Notes under the pieces: model-generated | The model's input: the letters and a program-made list of their open reading frames with translations, nothing else | What the model was told of the DNA's origin: nothing | Databases searched by the model: none | Translations under genes and position numbers: made by a program | From: a candidate division WS6 bacterium OLB20 | GTDB lineage: Bacteria > Patescibacteriota > Dojkabacteria > B142 > OLB20 | Length of the DNA: 64,000 bases | Assembly: GCA_001567355.1 (NCBI GenBank) | Contig: JYNZ01000003.1 | Span: 402,263 to 466,262, forward strand | Reading direction: 5' to 3' | Part shown: positions 1-8,983 of the stretch, piece after piece | How the letters are laid out: the number at the start of each line of letters is the position of its first letter | How positions within the stretch are numbered: the stretch's first letter is position 1

Positions 1-1671
1 GGTCTTCAAAGGTAATCAGATCGCGGTTATCCTTGGCGACTATAATTGCCGCCTCATTAAGCATATTCTCAATGTCCGCTCCTGAGAACCCGACCGTACG
101 CTTGGCAATCTGCTCAAGGTCAACCTTGGGATCAATCGGCTTGTTTTTAGCATGTATCTCAATGATCTGTTTTCTGCCCTCAATATCTGGGACATCCAGA
201 ACGACTCTCCGGTCAAACCTGCCAGGTCGCAGAATTGCGGGGTCAAGAACATCGGGCCTGTTAGTAGCTGCGATCACAATAACATTGGTATTCTTTTCAA
301 ATCCGTCCATCTCAACGAGTATCTGATTGAGTGTCTGCTCGGTTGTGCTTGACTGAACCGTTGTGCCACGCTTTCGCGCTACTGCATCAATCTCGTCAAT
401 AAAGATGATTGATGGTGCCGCACGCTTTGCTTTTTCAAACAGATCGCGTACCCGTGATGCTCCTGCACCGACAAGCATCTCTTCAAATTCTGAACCCGAT
501 GTATGGAAGAATGGAACACCGGCCTCACCAGCGATAGCGCGGGCAAGCAGTGTCTTACCTGTTCCCGGAGGACCGACCATCAGAAGACCCTTTGGAATGC
601 GCGCACCAAGCTTCAAGAAGCGCTTCGGCTCACGCAGAAAGAGAACAACCTCCCGCAGTTCCTCCTTGGCCTCATCAACACCTGCAACATCCTTAAACGT
701 AATATCAGGACGCTTGCCAAAGATCATTCTGGCCTTTGACTGTCCAAACTTCATAAGCGAATTGCCCGATCCCTGAACGCCACGGAACATAAAGAATACA
801 AGCACACCAAGCCCGAAGAGCATTCCCAGCAGAATCAGATCACCCCAGGGCACACGGGGGATGACCGCAGAAGAGAATGTTACTGTTTCGGATTCAAATG
901 ATATACCTTCCGCCTGCAGAAACTCGGGCAGACTCAGACCGTTTATCACCTGCCAGTTCATAAACTGTTCCTGCACAAATTCAGGCTTCAGCTCTGCAAT
1001 TGCAAAGTCCTCAAACACCCATGCATTGCGAAACGTGTCAGCATCTGAAAGTGCAGCAAACTCCTCCGGTGTCCTGTAACCAGCAGAATCCCGCAGGTAG
1101 TAAACCCGGACCGGCAGCTCTACAGCCGAGATGCCTTCACGGTTGAGAAATGCCTCAAACTCGGCTTCACCGGCGTCAGCTACCAGCAGATCCTTTTTAG
1201 CAGGATCAGTCGCACGTGCGAAAATCTGCTCACTGCCGACATATACTGCTGCCACACGGTGGATCTTGTCAGGGGCTGTAATAGAAGAGAATATCTCACG
1301 TATTCCAAGCGGGCGTACAGATTCGTACAGCTGGTCGATCGAGACCGTCTCAAATCCGTCGTTTTCCTGCCGGACAACTCTGTCAGCCTCTTCAAGCTCG
1401 ATTCCGGACTCACCGAGTTCGGTGCCGATCAGTGGCTTTGTGCGTGCTATCGCTCTGCCGTCATCACGGATCTGGACAGTTGCATATTCATTGTTTTTGA
1501 TACTCTGGACAAACTCGCTGACGCTCACCTCAACAGCCTGAAACGGAGCGTTTAACATATTAAAGACAACAGAGACGAGCAACAGAATGATACTGACTGC
1601 AAACAGTGTATTGAAGTTGAAGCCGATCCCTGAAGGACGCTTTACTCTGGGCATACGTTTTATTTTGGAAT
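1..1671 (-). CDS. ftsH: ATP-dependent zinc metalloprotease FtsH. Only the N-terminal ~557 aa lie in the window; the gene runs off the 5' edge.
   Basis: Minus-strand translation gives an N-terminal TM region, Walker [27 protein letters not shown], Walker [11 protein letters not shown] and the SRH region [22 protein letters not shown]. There is no stop codon before position 1. Confidence 0.9.
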
Positions 1672-1785
1672 TATCCGCCATGGATTAATTGTCTTAAGCT
1701 TAAATGCAAGGTTCGGGATATTTTCTGTAAGCAGTATACACGTTTGATTCAGTGTACACCTAATTGCCCGATACAGAAGTATAAA

Positions 1786-1859
1786 TGACGGGAACTGGGA
1801 TCGAACCAGTGACCTGGGGCTTATGAGTCCCCCGCTCTAACCAACTGAGCTATCCCGCC
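1786..1859 (-). tRNA. tRNA with anticodon CAU. It is elongator tRNA-Met or lysidine-type tRNA-Ile2, not initiator, because pair 1-72 is G-C. No CCA is encoded.
   Basis: Reverse complement GGCGGGATAGCTCAGTTGGTTAGAGCGGGGGACTCATAAGCCCCAGGTCACTGGTTCGATCCCAGTTCCCGTCA folds as a cloverleaf: 7-bp acceptor, GCTC/GAGC D-stem, CTCATAA anticodon loop, TTCGATC T-loop. Confidence 0.8.
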
Positions 1860-1981
1860 AGGAAACAGTAAGGATGATTCTACCACATAGATTACCATTT
1901 TTGCCAAGCAACCGACAGCGATTAAGACACATGCACAGGGCATTCGCGCTGTGATCGAATCGTTTTATAAAAAAGCCCTGC

Positions 1982-2713
1982 ATGTGCTATATTGTATATA
2001 GTAGGTATATACAGATGCTCGAATACAATAACAATCCAGGGCGCGTCGACAACCGTCATCCGGACTACGATACAGTTTTTGCGCAGTGGATCGACTCGTT
2101 CACACAACTCCCTGAACGGGATGCTAATCCGCACTATCAGGCCGTTCACGCTGCAGTAGGACCCACACTGCACAGATGGATAGACCATCTGAGCAGACGC
2201 TTTGCAGCGTTTCCGGAGCTTCAGCAGAATATTGAACCCGAAGAGCGTATGGTGCTGCACGAGGCGGTCGCTGAAACCCTTACGATGCTCGGCGTCGAGG
2301 CCCACCAGATCCCGGAGTTTGTCATACTTACCTATGACGAAGAGATCTTCGGTAAAAAGCCAGGAGATGCTGCAATGATGATCGGCGGTGACAGGAACAA
2401 CTGCTCATGGATCATGCAGTGGGAAAAACTTTACAAATACTGTGATGATATCGCGGCAGCGAGAAGCAGCGGTGGCTGGCACAGGTATGTTCTTGCCGTG
2501 CAGCAGCTTTTGACTTCAGTTGGCCATGAGGCCATGCATGTCCACGACACATACTATAATCAGCACCGCATCGAAGGGGCATACATCGCCAATACTCCTG
2601 GCAACCAGTATCATGGAGCATATGGCGAATACGAACCGCAGGCGTTTGGAATGCAGTATGCCTGGCTGAAGGCTGCTGAACTTGCTGACCGGTTCTGCCC
2701 CAGACAGTACTAA
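1982..2713 (+). CDS. Hypothetical protein with an HExxH motif (VGHEAMHVHD). It may be a Zn-metallopeptidase-like protein. The true start may be the Met at 2015.
   Basis: 243-aa ORF in an otherwise gene-free interval. The HEAMH motif was seen directly. No other domain was recognised. Confidence 0.45.
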   Translation: MCYIVYSRYIQMLEYNNNPGRVDNRHPDYDTVFAQWIDSFTQLPERDANPHYQAVHAAVGPTLHRWIDHLSRRFAAFPELQQNIEPEERMVLHEAVAETLTMLGVEAHQIPEFVILTYDEEIFGKKPGDAAMMIGGDRNNCSWIMQWEKLYKYCDDIAAARSSGGWHRYVLAVQQLLTSVGHEAMHVHDTYYNQHRIEGAYIANTPGNQYHGAYGEYEPQAFGMQYAWLKAAELADRFCPRQY

Positions 2714-2880
2714 CCGCTAATACTGTTTAATGGGACGGCTCAGCTGATCTCGACTGATCCCAGCATAGCGACACCCTTTATTGTCAGGCGTTTTCCGGTT
2801 TTATCCGAACGCCTCCGTTTGTCGGATACCTCTCCAAGGACTGCAATCGCCTCATTAACAAGAGTCACATCCTCCGGAAG

Positions 2881-3399
2881 TCACAATTCGACTCCGCCAA
2901 AGACAGCGACAACTTCCAGTTCTGCATCGTCTGCAAACTGTGTATCCCGGAAATCGAGCTCTATACTGCCGAATACTGCAGTCAGACTGCCCTGCTTGAA
3001 GCTGTCAGAATCCACATGGCGCTTTGCACCGCCAAATACAACAACCTCAGACAATGCATCTGCTGATGCTTTATCCTTTGACGATCCCTGTCGGAGGAGG
3101 ATGCTCAGACCGATTGCGACCAGAAACAGCGGCCATAGAGTCCAGAGACTGAATGTGAACAGTCCCAGATTCCCTGCCAGAAGTGCAGCTCCAAAGAACA
3201 TAAACAGAACACCGGCAACCAGTGACCGGCGATGTACCAGAGCAATCCACAAGCCGAATGCAATCAGGAATACAGGCCACCACCGGATAACACTGCCCCA
3301 GACTTCGCCTGGAAGCAGATTATCTGCCAGAAACACTACACCAAGGAAGATGAACAATCCTCCCCAGATAAGGCGTGACGTTAAGTTTTGCATATGCAA
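2881..3399 (-). CDS. Membrane protein with a LiaF-like C-terminal domain and a DUF5668-like N-terminal TM region.
   Basis: Two N-terminal TM helices (WWPVFLIAFGLWIALV..). The C-terminal region has repeated VFGGxE/VFGSIEL strands typical of the LiaF/DUF2154 beta-rich domain. Confidence 0.5.
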   Translation of the reverse strand: MHMQNLTSRLIWGGLFIFLGVVFLADNLLPGEVWGSVIRWWPVFLIAFGLWIALVHRRSLVAGVLFMFFGAALLAGNLGLFTFSLWTLWPLFLVAIGLSILLRQGSSKDKASADALSEVVVFGGAKRHVDSDSFKQGSLTAVFGSIELDFRDTQFADDAELEVVAVFGGVEL

Positions 3400-3474
3400 A
3401 TCAGTAATAATTAATTATCTTCAGTGAACTCTTCAACAAATGAATCCGGGAAATTCTCCCAGAATGACTGCTGA

Positions 3475-3798
3475 TCACTGACTCCTGTTGCTGCAGAAAA
3501 AAAAGATCACGACGAAGACCAGATACCAGAGCAATCCTGTAACGATTTTAGCCGGAATGGAATTACCTGCAATAATGCTGACACCTGCTCCAATCAGAAA
3601 CAGTGGCCACAATCTGAAAAACACCATGAACACTGCTCCCCAGATAGACCATGGAAGCATACCGGTGGTATTCATAAAGAATACCGATCCCAGACTGATC
3701 AGCCACAGCGCGCCAAAAATCCTGTCGGGGAGTTTTTCGCCCTGATCGGTGCCGTCACTGAAGAAAGTAAAATTGCTCACACGTTGCGGCTCTTTCAT
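3475..3798 (-). CDS. Small membrane protein. It is paralogous to the N-terminal TM module of the neighbouring LiaF-like protein.
   Basis: 107-aa ORF. The TM segment LWPLFLIGAGVSIIAG matches WWPVFLIAFGLWIALV of the neighbour. Confidence 0.45.
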   Translation of the reverse strand: MKEPQRVSNFTFFSDGTDQGEKLPDRIFGALWLISLGSVFFMNTTGMLPWSIWGAVFMVFFRLWPLFLIGAGVSIIAGNSIPAKIVTGLLWYLVFVVIFFFCSNRSQ

Positions 3799-4047
3799 GC
3801 AAATGCCCTAAAGACTATTAACCGTATTGTACTCCCGGAAGAATGTAAACGTAACCCCTCTCAGCCTTGCCAGGAACATTTGTGTAAACAGCAATGATTT
3901 CAGAAACATCCTGCTACTGCTCTGCTGGATAAAAAAATTCAGGACTATTTAAAGGGAACTCAGCTACAATCTGATTAGGGGGAACGGGGCGACAGCCCCG
4001 GGGTTAAAGATGCACCTGCACCTCATTAAAACGCATTAAAGCCAAAG

Positions 4048-4119
4048 TTGCGGGGAGAGGATTCGAACCTCTGACCTTCAGGTTATGAGCCTGACGAGCT
4101 GCCACTGCTCCACCCCGCG
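4048..4119 (-). tRNA. Initiator tRNA-fMet, anticodon CAU.
   Basis: Reverse complement CGCGGGGTGGAGCAGTGGCAGCTCGTCAGGCTCATAACCTGAAGGTCAGAGGTTCGAATCCTCTCCCCGCAA is near-identical over acceptor, D and anticodon arms to E. coli tRNA-fMet. It carries the diagnostic C1:A72 mismatch. A 6-bp GC hairpin (GGGGC-GACA-GCCCC, 3998-4011) lies just 3'. Confidence 0.85.
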
Positions 4120-4182
4120 ACTTTGGCTTTAAGTTGTACACGTGCCTGAATAACTGCATTCAGGGTGATTAATACTACACCA

Positions 4183-4614
4183 TCAACCGCCCAAAATCAA
4201 CTTCTGCCACCAGAACACGTTATCCCGCAATATGATCGGATCGTTGTTATCACGGACAAATTCTATCGGCAGTTCGTTGTCACGCTGGACTACATAGAGT
4301 TTTTCTCCAGGCTCAGCCAGATTCCAGCTTTCTCGGGCATACGAGCGCCGGTACTCAACAGATTCGTAGTATTTGACAAGCTCTTCCAGCTCAGATTGCT
4401 CCTCCTCCAATTTTGTGAGGCGGGCTTCTTCTTCTTCAATCCTCGTCAGATTGTCCCGCCCTTTATTAAACGCTGTGTAAATGTTGATGCTGAGCGCGAC
4501 AATTATTACCACCATGACCAGACGCGACACAATATCTCCGTATGTCAGTTCGACAGTTGTAAACCTACGCCGGATGTAGGCGGACACCCGTTTCAGAAGT
4601 TTTGTGATACGCAT
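4183..4614 (-). CDS. Septum-formation initiator FtsB/DivIC-like protein: N-terminal TM followed by a coiled coil.
   Basis: 143 aa. TM VMVVIIVALSINIYTAF is followed by a charged heptad-rich segment RIEEEEARLTKLEEEQSELEELVKYYES. Size and topology fit the FtsB/DivIC family. This is a fold-level call only. Confidence 0.4.
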   Translation of the reverse strand: MRITKLLKRVSAYIRRRFTTVELTYGDIVSRLVMVVIIVALSINIYTAFNKGRDNLTRIEEEEARLTKLEEEQSELEELVKYYESVEYRRSYARESWNLAEPGEKLYVVQRDNELPIEFVRDNNDPIILRDNVFWWQKLILGG

Positions 4615-4722
4615 GTTACGAATACCCTCTAGTTATTGACAGCCTGGAGATCACTGTGCTAAGATCAATCACTTACCCGCCGGATTGCCCCTGGCTCATT
4701 TTAGTATAGCACAGACACACTG

Positions 4723-5604
4723 ATGGCTCTGCACAGACACCGCGAAGAGTTTGTTCAGCACCTTGAAGGCAAGGGACGTTCAAAGTCGACGATAGTGGCA
4801 TACAACAAGGATATTGAACAACTTATCAGCTTTCTTGATGAGCTGCAGCACTCCGGTCTTCCGCAGGACCTTACTACCGGCATACTCGAAGCATATGTCG
4901 ACAAGCTGAAGCAGGAGGGTAACTACACACTCAAAACTGTCTCACGCAAAATCAACAGTCTCAAAACATTCTCAAAATATCTTGCCAATCAGGGTCTTAT
5001 AGTATCAGATGTTGCTGCGCCTATCTCGCACCCGGAGTTTACACCACAACTACCGCGCGTTCTTTCACCCCTGGAGTATCGTGCACTGCGCGACACAGCC
5101 CGGTCAAATGTGCGGCTGTACACTATGGTAGAGCTCCTGTTACAGACAGGGATCCGCATCGGCGAGCTCTCAAGACTTAAGCGGGCACATGTAAAGCTGG
5201 ATAACCCTCACATTTATATAGAGCCGTTCTCCAGCAACCCCGAACGAGTCGTTGATCTAAACGAGCGAGCAGTCGAGTCAATCGCACAGTACTTTGAAGA
5301 GCACCAGCATATCAGGGATGCCGAAAACGATCAGCTCCATATGTTTCAGACCAAGACAGGCAACCCCGTTCTTATCCGGAACATCAGGACGGCAATTAAC
5401 CGTGCCTTCAGGAAAGCAGGAATCAAAGGTGCAACAGTCAACGATATCCGTAACACCTTTATCGTCTATCAGCTTGAAAGCGGTATAGACCTTGAGCGCC
5501 TTGCGCAGATCGTAGGTCATCAGAAGCCGACCACCACAGAAAAATACCTCGAGTTGGTCGAGTCACGCCCGGATAAAACCTCCCACAAAATAGAACCGCT
5601 GTAA
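4723..5604 (+). CDS. Site-specific tyrosine recombinase, XerC/XerD-like.
   Basis: N-terminal SAM-like core-binding domain. Catalytic region TGIRIGELSRLKRAHV (box I Arg) and C-terminal GHQKPTTTEKYLE (HxxR...Y nucleophile region). 293 aa. Confidence 0.85.
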   Translation: MALHRHREEFVQHLEGKGRSKSTIVAYNKDIEQLISFLDELQHSGLPQDLTTGILEAYVDKLKQEGNYTLKTVSRKINSLKTFSKYLANQGLIVSDVAAPISHPEFTPQLPRVLSPLEYRALRDTARSNVRLYTMVELLLQTGIRIGELSRLKRAHVKLDNPHIYIEPFSSNPERVVDLNERAVESIAQYFEEHQHIRDAENDQLHMFQTKTGNPVLIRNIRTAINRAFRKAGIKGATVNDIRNTFIVYQLESGIDLERLAQIVGHQKPTTTEKYLELVESRPDKTSHKIEPL

Positions 5605-5728
5605 CGGTTTCCATACGCTGCATGCGGATGGTAGAATTAGTGCGCAATGGGTCAGTCCCCCTCTCCGTGCGGAGAGCGATGAACATGCGTTTGTCACGGG
5701 TCTGTCCCCTTCTCATCTTTTGAGTCGG

Positions 5729-5801
5729 GGGCCAGTAGCTCAGTGGTTAGAGCGCCGTTCTTATAAAGCGGTGGTCGGTGGTTCAATTCCACTCTGGCCC
5801 A
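5729..5801 (+). tRNA. tRNA with anticodon UAU (tRNA-Ile reading AUA). No CCA is encoded.
   Basis: GGGCCAGTAGCTCAGTGGTTAGAGCGCCGTTCTTATAAAGCGGTGGTCGGTGGTTCAATTCCACTCTGGCCCA. Acceptor 7 bp is perfect; D-stem GCTC/GAGC; anticodon stem CCGTT/AGCGG with loop CTTATAA; T-loop TTCAATT. The only consistent 5+7+5 anticodon arm places TAT at positions 34-36. Confidence 0.7.
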
Positions 5802-5810
5802 TTGATTTCT

Positions 5811-7979
5811 TCAGATAATCAGCTGCAGCAGCATTTCACCTGTACCCGCCAGAATCAGACCAATCAGCACTGCTGTGAGGATCATGAATGTATCTTCGCG
5901 TAGCAGCGATGCGACAAGGTAGCTCCTGTGCTGCGGTCTGCCCACAAGAGGATGCTGATGGTCAGGCTGAACTGCATGATCGTGAATCACAAACGGTGGA
6001 ATAACTGCGGTAAAGTGGTAGCGCCAGAGCGCGAACCAGATCAGAGCAGACAGACTGATCCCGAGGAGGAATGCATATACCAGGCGAACCGTATAACCTG
6101 TCGTATACACACGTGCGTCAGTATCCGCATCAGGGTAACCGGGTATCAGCGTCTCCGCCTTGTTGCGGTCAAAGCGGACCTCGATCTCATCGATTCCGGC
6201 CTGGGCATTCAGACTACCTTCGATAAATGCACGGACATAAAGCGTTCCGCCATCACTGGATAATGTGCTGATACTTCCGGCAACTTCATCAGGGGTGGAA
6301 ACATTGCGATCATTAAGCGCAGGCTGCCACTGTCCATCTTTGACGTAATACCAGATTGAACCGTCACTGCTGAGCTGAAGTGTCATCTGCCCCTTTGCAC
6401 TGAAGCTGTCAAGTTTTTCAAACGGAACACCGAAACGGGTTGTGACTACAGGCCTGTCAGCTGCAAAATGATCCGGACTGATGATTACCTCACTCACTGA
6501 AGCAGAGAGCCCCGCATCGCGTGTGACAAATTTGAGTCTGTACTGAAAGTATCTGCCGCTAAGATCAAGTTGCGGCAGACTGTACCGGCCGGATTCGACA
6601 TGACGGGGACGGTACCACGTGTCGGGGCCGGCGGGTCCACGAAAGGCTCTGTCACTGCAGAGTGTATCATCACATGTCCTTACCTGGACAAAGACATCAT
6701 GTGCGCCACGCCTGAAGATATCGTTCACTTCAATCAGTTGCAGTACGTCATTGAACACAGTAAATTCATCCAGATCGCCTTTAAACGTCTGCACGGGATC
6801 AAACCATCCGCCCAGCTCCTGCTGACGTTCGCCAAGGACAAGAGATCCGTTCTGGCCAAGGATTACACCCTGCTGCAGAAAACCTGAGTATGCAGGAAAC
6901 CCGTCACGGTAAACCTCAATCTTACCGGTATGTGAGTCCCAGGAAACAGCAAGATGATGCCACTGACCGTCATTGAATGCGACACCGGTGCGCAGCTTTT
7001 TACCGCTGATGATCAGCATCAGATCTGACGCGTCATACAGCACAATATCGCTGGTGTCGCTTTCTGAGGCATAGGACATGATTGTCTGAGAGGAGGAAGA
7101 CGTTTTGACCCAGAAAGCGATGGTAAACCTGTCAAGTGCAAGATTTTTATAAGGAAAGATTTTCAGGTAGTCGTTATTGCCGTCAAACTCCGCCCTGTTG
7201 CCTACTACGCCTCCGGGCTTTGCCACAACACCGACCCCTTTGGCAGTATTACCTGTTCCTGAGCTGTCGGCGAAGTACTGATCGGTACCGTCATTTTCGG
7301 GCTCGTCAAAATACAGAAGTGTCGTATTGTACTTCATAGATACCGCTCCTTCATCAAATCCGGCATCTGATCCCTGTTCTGCAGGCAGCCGGATACCAAC
7401 AGGTCTGTTGAGTTTCAGACCAAGGGACTCCCAGCGGGCGCCTGCCGCAGATGCATCCATAAGCCGGGATACAAACGTTCCCTCACCAGCAAGCATACCA
7501 TCGGTGGTTAAGGTGAGGACACCTTCTGCACCTTTATAATCAGTGCCGGTATGGCTGCCGCGGTCAAAATCCTCTGCTCCATCATCAGTATGGATAATCG
7601 GCCGGGTCAGTGCGCGGCCGGACGCGACAATGACACGTTCGTCATCAAATACGTAATTCTCTGCAATCGTAAAGTCCCACAGCTGCCTTGTAACCGGTCT
7701 CGCCTGCAGGCTGAACAGAACATACAGGCTCATAATCGAAAGCAGAAAAGCAAAGCAAACGAACAGTACCATGGCAAGCCGCAAAAGTCTGAACGTTGGG
7801 TGGCCGCTTCGACTGATAATATACGTGTGCTCCCGCCAGACTTGCGATCCTAACCTGCCCTGGCGCCAGTGCCAGCGCAGAAACGTACGGAAGGCATTGC
7901 GCAGACCGCCCTGGGTCAGACTTTCATACAACACTCTCTCGCCGGGTCTGATTGTGTGTTTAAAGCGGGACAGTTTCAT
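5811..7979 (-). CDS. Large membrane-anchored surface protein with a concanavalin-A-like/LamG domain.
   Basis: 722 aa. Basic cytoplasmic N-terminus, TM at ~aa 67-90, extracellular region containing a LamG-like block, and C-terminal hydrophobic segments. Confidence 0.55.
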   Translation of the reverse strand: MKLSRFKHTIRPGERVLYESLTQGGLRNAFRTFLRWHWRQGRLGSQVWREHTYIISRSGHPTFRLLRLAMVLFVCFAFLLSIMSLYVLFSLQARPVTRQLWDFTIAENYVFDDERVIVASGRALTRPIIHTDDGAEDFDRGSHTGTDYKGAEGVLTLTTDGMLAGEGTFVSRLMDASAAGARWESLGLKLNRPVGIRLPAEQGSDAGFDEGAVSMKYNTTLLYFDEPENDGTDQYFADSSGTGNTAKGVGVVAKPGGVVGNRAEFDGNNDYLKIFPYKNLALDRFTIAFWVKTSSSSQTIMSYASESDTSDIVLYDASDLMLIISGKKLRTGVAFNDGQWHHLAVSWDSHTGKIEVYRDGFPAYSGFLQQGVILGQNGSLVLGERQQELGGWFDPVQTFKGDLDEFTVFNDVLQLIEVNDIFRRGAHDVFVQVRTCDDTLCSDRAFRGPAGPDTWYRPRHVESGRYSLPQLDLSGRYFQYRLKFVTRDAGLSASVSEVIISPDHFAADRPVVTTRFGVPFEKLDSFSAKGQMTLQLSSDGSIWYYVKDGQWQPALNDRNVSTPDEVAGSISTLSSDGGTLYVRAFIEGSLNAQAGIDEIEVRFDRNKAETLIPGYPDADTDARVYTTGYTVRLVYAFLLGISLSALIWFALWRYHFTAVIPPFVIHDHAVQPDHQHPLVGRPQHRSYLVASLLREDTFMILTAVLIGLILAGTGEMLLQLII

Positions 7980-7984
7980 AGCTG

Positions 7985-8965
7985 CTATTTATGCTCACGC
8001 CGGTAACGTTCGCGCGCATACTCGTAGTATGCTGATGTTCCGCCGGGAACATGATGTTCGAGTACGTGTTCAAACAGCTGCTTCCAGTGCTTGCGCTGCA
8101 CCCGCAACGCGATAAAATACGGTGCCAGCGTAACAAACGCTTCCCTGTCTTTTTCTACACGGAAATAGTCCGCTGTCTTGAGAAACATTCTATAGCCCAG
8201 AACCTTTGTCCGCAGCGGTACTGTTTTGTCTGAAATCTCATGAAAGCTGTGCGCAAACGATGCTGCAATTGCACACATAAACAGAATATAAAGCGCAACC
8301 ACCGCTGTGCCCGCTGCAATCCAGAACATCTGGACACCTCCGCCTGCAGTCTGATCCAGGATGTAATAGACCAGCAGCCAGCCAAGCCAGATATATCCGA
8401 GCATCAGTGTGCCGACATTTGCCGCGATAAACTGAACAAAACCCGGATTATACGAGATGTATCCTTTTCGCTGCAGATCACCATACACAGCGGTGCTCAG
8501 GTACGCAGAATCATGCGAGAAAAGAGCTTTGTAGTCAACGTTGTAGATCAGGCTGTGCAGGTTTGAAGGATTGTCGACATATGTGCGGATTATCTTCTGT
8601 TCCAGCTCATCAGCAGCAGAAACCTCTCCGGTATGGAGAATGTAATACAGTGCTGTTGCCAGTACATCAACATCGTCAAACTCACCGTCAACCATATACC
8701 CCAGTTCGTAGAACCGCAGGTCTGCAGGCGGACGGTACGTCGGAATCGTAATCTGCTTTATCCGGATTGCCTGTTCAGATCTGCGCTTGAAGGCTGATGC
8801 GGATTTAAGAAACAGACTGAACAGAACAGCGGACAGGACGATCAGACCTGTAATCAGCGCAAGCTGCGCTGCCCCGTTAAAATCAGGATCTGCGAAGTAC
8901 ACAAAAACTAGCAGAAACGGGACACTTATCAGAGCAAGCGACCATAGTGCGACTGGTTTGTTCAT
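7985..8965 (-). CDS. Polytopic membrane protein, DUF2207-like; function unknown.
   Basis: 326 aa. N-terminal TM pair, central soluble region, then 3 C-terminal TM helices. It lies immediately downstream of the conjugative-type ATPase with only a 19-nt gap, so it is probably co-transcribed. Confidence 0.5.
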   Translation of the reverse strand: MNKPVALWSLALISVPFLLVFVYFADPDFNGAAQLALITGLIVLSAVLFSLFLKSASAFKRRSEQAIRIKQITIPTYRPPADLRFYELGYMVDGEFDDVDVLATALYYILHTGEVSAADELEQKIIRTYVDNPSNLHSLIYNVDYKALFSHDSAYLSTAVYGDLQRKGYISYNPGFVQFIAANVGTLMLGYIWLGWLLVYYILDQTAGGGVQMFWIAAGTAVVALYILFMCAIAASFAHSFHEISDKTVPLRTKVLGYRMFLKTADYFRVEKDREAFVTLAPYFIALRVQRKHWKQLFEHVLEHHVPGGTSAYYEYARERYRREHK

Positions 8966-8983
8966 GACTTGGACAGTGTAGTA

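Noticed and set aside
33-1555. Several plus-strand ORFs (33..326, 363..776, 861..1079, 1131..1541, 1259..1555)
   Set aside because: They lie antisense to and inside the clearly conserved ftsH reading frame. They are Ser/Arg-rich and low-complexity, as expected of antisense translations.
1786-1859. Possibility that this CAU tRNA is the initiator
   Set aside because: Pair 1-72 is a Watson-Crick G-C and the anticodon stem lacks the initiator features. The second CAU tRNA at 4048-4119 has the C1:A72 mismatch and near-identity to E. coli tRNA-fMet, so that one is the initiator.
4048-5801. Integrative element bounded by the two tRNAs with 4723..5604 as its integrase
   Set aside because: Only 1.6 kb separates the tRNAs and no cargo lies between them. 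The recombinase lies on the wrong side of both tRNA 3' ends for a canonical tRNA-attL/int arrangement. A Xer-type housekeeping role is more parsimonious, though not excluded.
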